Shown here: positions 62,671 to 64,000 of the stretch, in pieces
Layout of the letters: each line of letters opens with the position of its first letter
Position numbering within the stretch: position 1 is the first letter of the stretch
Source of the DNA: Gekko japonicus
Lineage: Eukaryota
Assembly: GCF_001447785.1 (NCBI RefSeq)
Contig: NW_015159767.1
Location: 261,205-325,204, forward strand
Length of the DNA stretch: 64,000 nt
Reading direction: 5' to 3'
Program-made: the position numbers and the translations under genes
Notes under the pieces: model-generated
What the model was told of the DNA's origin: nothing
Database searches by the model: none
Seen by the model: the letters and a program-made list of their open reading frames with translations, nothing else

Positions 62671-63837
62671 TTAATTAACTAATTCGCTCTCCTTCAATTC
62701 CTGCCGTACCCTTCAACTTTTGGGTCTTTAGGCTCGAGCTCTCTTTTGACCTTGAACTCACAGGGATTGCCCAATGGCAAGTCACTTCCCATTAGCCTTC
62801 ACTCCTGAAATAAGCATAAGTTAGTTGAGAAGTTATGTTAAACAATCAGCACATGGTATACGCATGTTTGGTTATTTGTACACCTGTTGGGTGATTCTCA
62901 CTGTTCAGATTATGCACGTTTGTTTTACTTGCTTGAGCGAATGGTCCCACGATGCTACATGCTGAGAGAAGCAACTTCCCAGATTCTATCCCAGTCCGTA
63001 TAATAGCAGGGGCACGAGAACCAGGGTGGCGTAGTGGTTAGAGTGTTGGGCTAGGCAGACCCAGGTTCGAATCCATTCCCTACTCTGCCATAGAAACTCG
63101 CTTTGGGCCAGCCACACAGTTTCAGCCGAACCTGCCTCACAGGGTCGTTGCAAGGATAAAATGGGCAAAAGGAAAAAAGCTACAGAGAAAGGCAGGCTAT
63201 AAATGAAGTCAATAAATATAAAGACATGAGAGGAAACAGACATGCAAGAAATGCAACGTAACGATGAGCAATGAATGCTTGGTATACAAATTGCACCATT
63301 CTATATTCCTGTATGTTTTGGAAGACCACTTTTGTACACAGTCATGCAGTTGCTATGAATTAGATCTGACAGTGGATTTCCTCAGATGGGAAGTAGGGCA
63401 AATTTTCAATGATTTCCCCCTCCCACGGCAGACCTCTAACACCCACCTCTTGCTTTTCCTGGGGGGAGGGGGAGAGTCGCCTGTTCTCCACAGACAGCAT
63501 TTGGGGAGCATTTTGGGTGACAGCGGGCACAGAAAGACACGGTCATGTTCTGCAGACAGAAATCCCCTCGACACCTGCAGAAATTACAGATAGGTTGAAG
63601 CCACTGTGACTTCACGATTGCCATCCCCTGGGAATGAACATGTGCATATGTGTGAATGTACAGTGGCCTTGAGGGTTTAGAGCTGCAGGGTCCAAAAGGA
63701 CACAGGTGGTAAGTAGGACTGAATTCTGTAATCAGAATCCATTGTATAATTTGAGAACCTTTGCGTGGATTCTCTGTTTGGATCCTTGCCCCTCCGCTGT
63801 GGCCAGCAGAATTACGATACATGATGCAAAGTAGTAG

Positions 63838-64000
63838 TAGAAGAAGAAGAGATTGGATTGATACCCCACCCTTCACTACCCAAAGGAGTCTCAGAGCAGC
63901 TTACAATCTTCTTTCCCTTCCCCTCCCCCACATCAGACACCCTGTGTAGTAGGCGGGGCTGAGAGAGCTCTGACAGAAACTGCTCTTTTCCAGAACAGCT
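63838..64000 (-). mobile_element. Squam3-like SINE, cut by the window end
   Basis: Reverse-strand 3' half. Confidence 0.72.

Overview
Vertebrate nuclear DNA from a squamate reptile, probably a gecko (Sauria SINEs, abundant Squam3-like CORE SINEs with CTT tails, a BovB fragment). It is syntenic with human 14q11.2. Gene order: PSMB11 (intronless, minus), head-to-head with PSMB5 (3 exons, 278 aa), then C14orf93 (6 coding exons, 479 aa), HAUS4 (9 coding exons, 355 aa), tRNA-Arg(ACG) on the minus strand, and exons 1-8 of PRMT5, which runs off the window end. All exons were traced by hand through GT-AG junctions with consistent phase. Introns are dense in SINEs, several hAT MITE families with 8-bp TSDs, CR1/L2/L1/RTE/Penelope fragments and one complete non-autonomous Helitron. 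There are four assembly gaps. I found no convincing wholly new biological system. Best leads: AJUBA is absent from its expected position; a duplicated decoy acceptor plus exon start in PSMB5 intron 1; a MITE whose end appears to rebuild the PRMT5 exon 3 branch point; three hAT MITEs stacked at one target site; a 54-bp near-perfect hairpin in HAUS4 intron 6; and the tRNA-Arg/PRMT5 divergent promoter. Comparisons with human sequences are from memory, not from searches.
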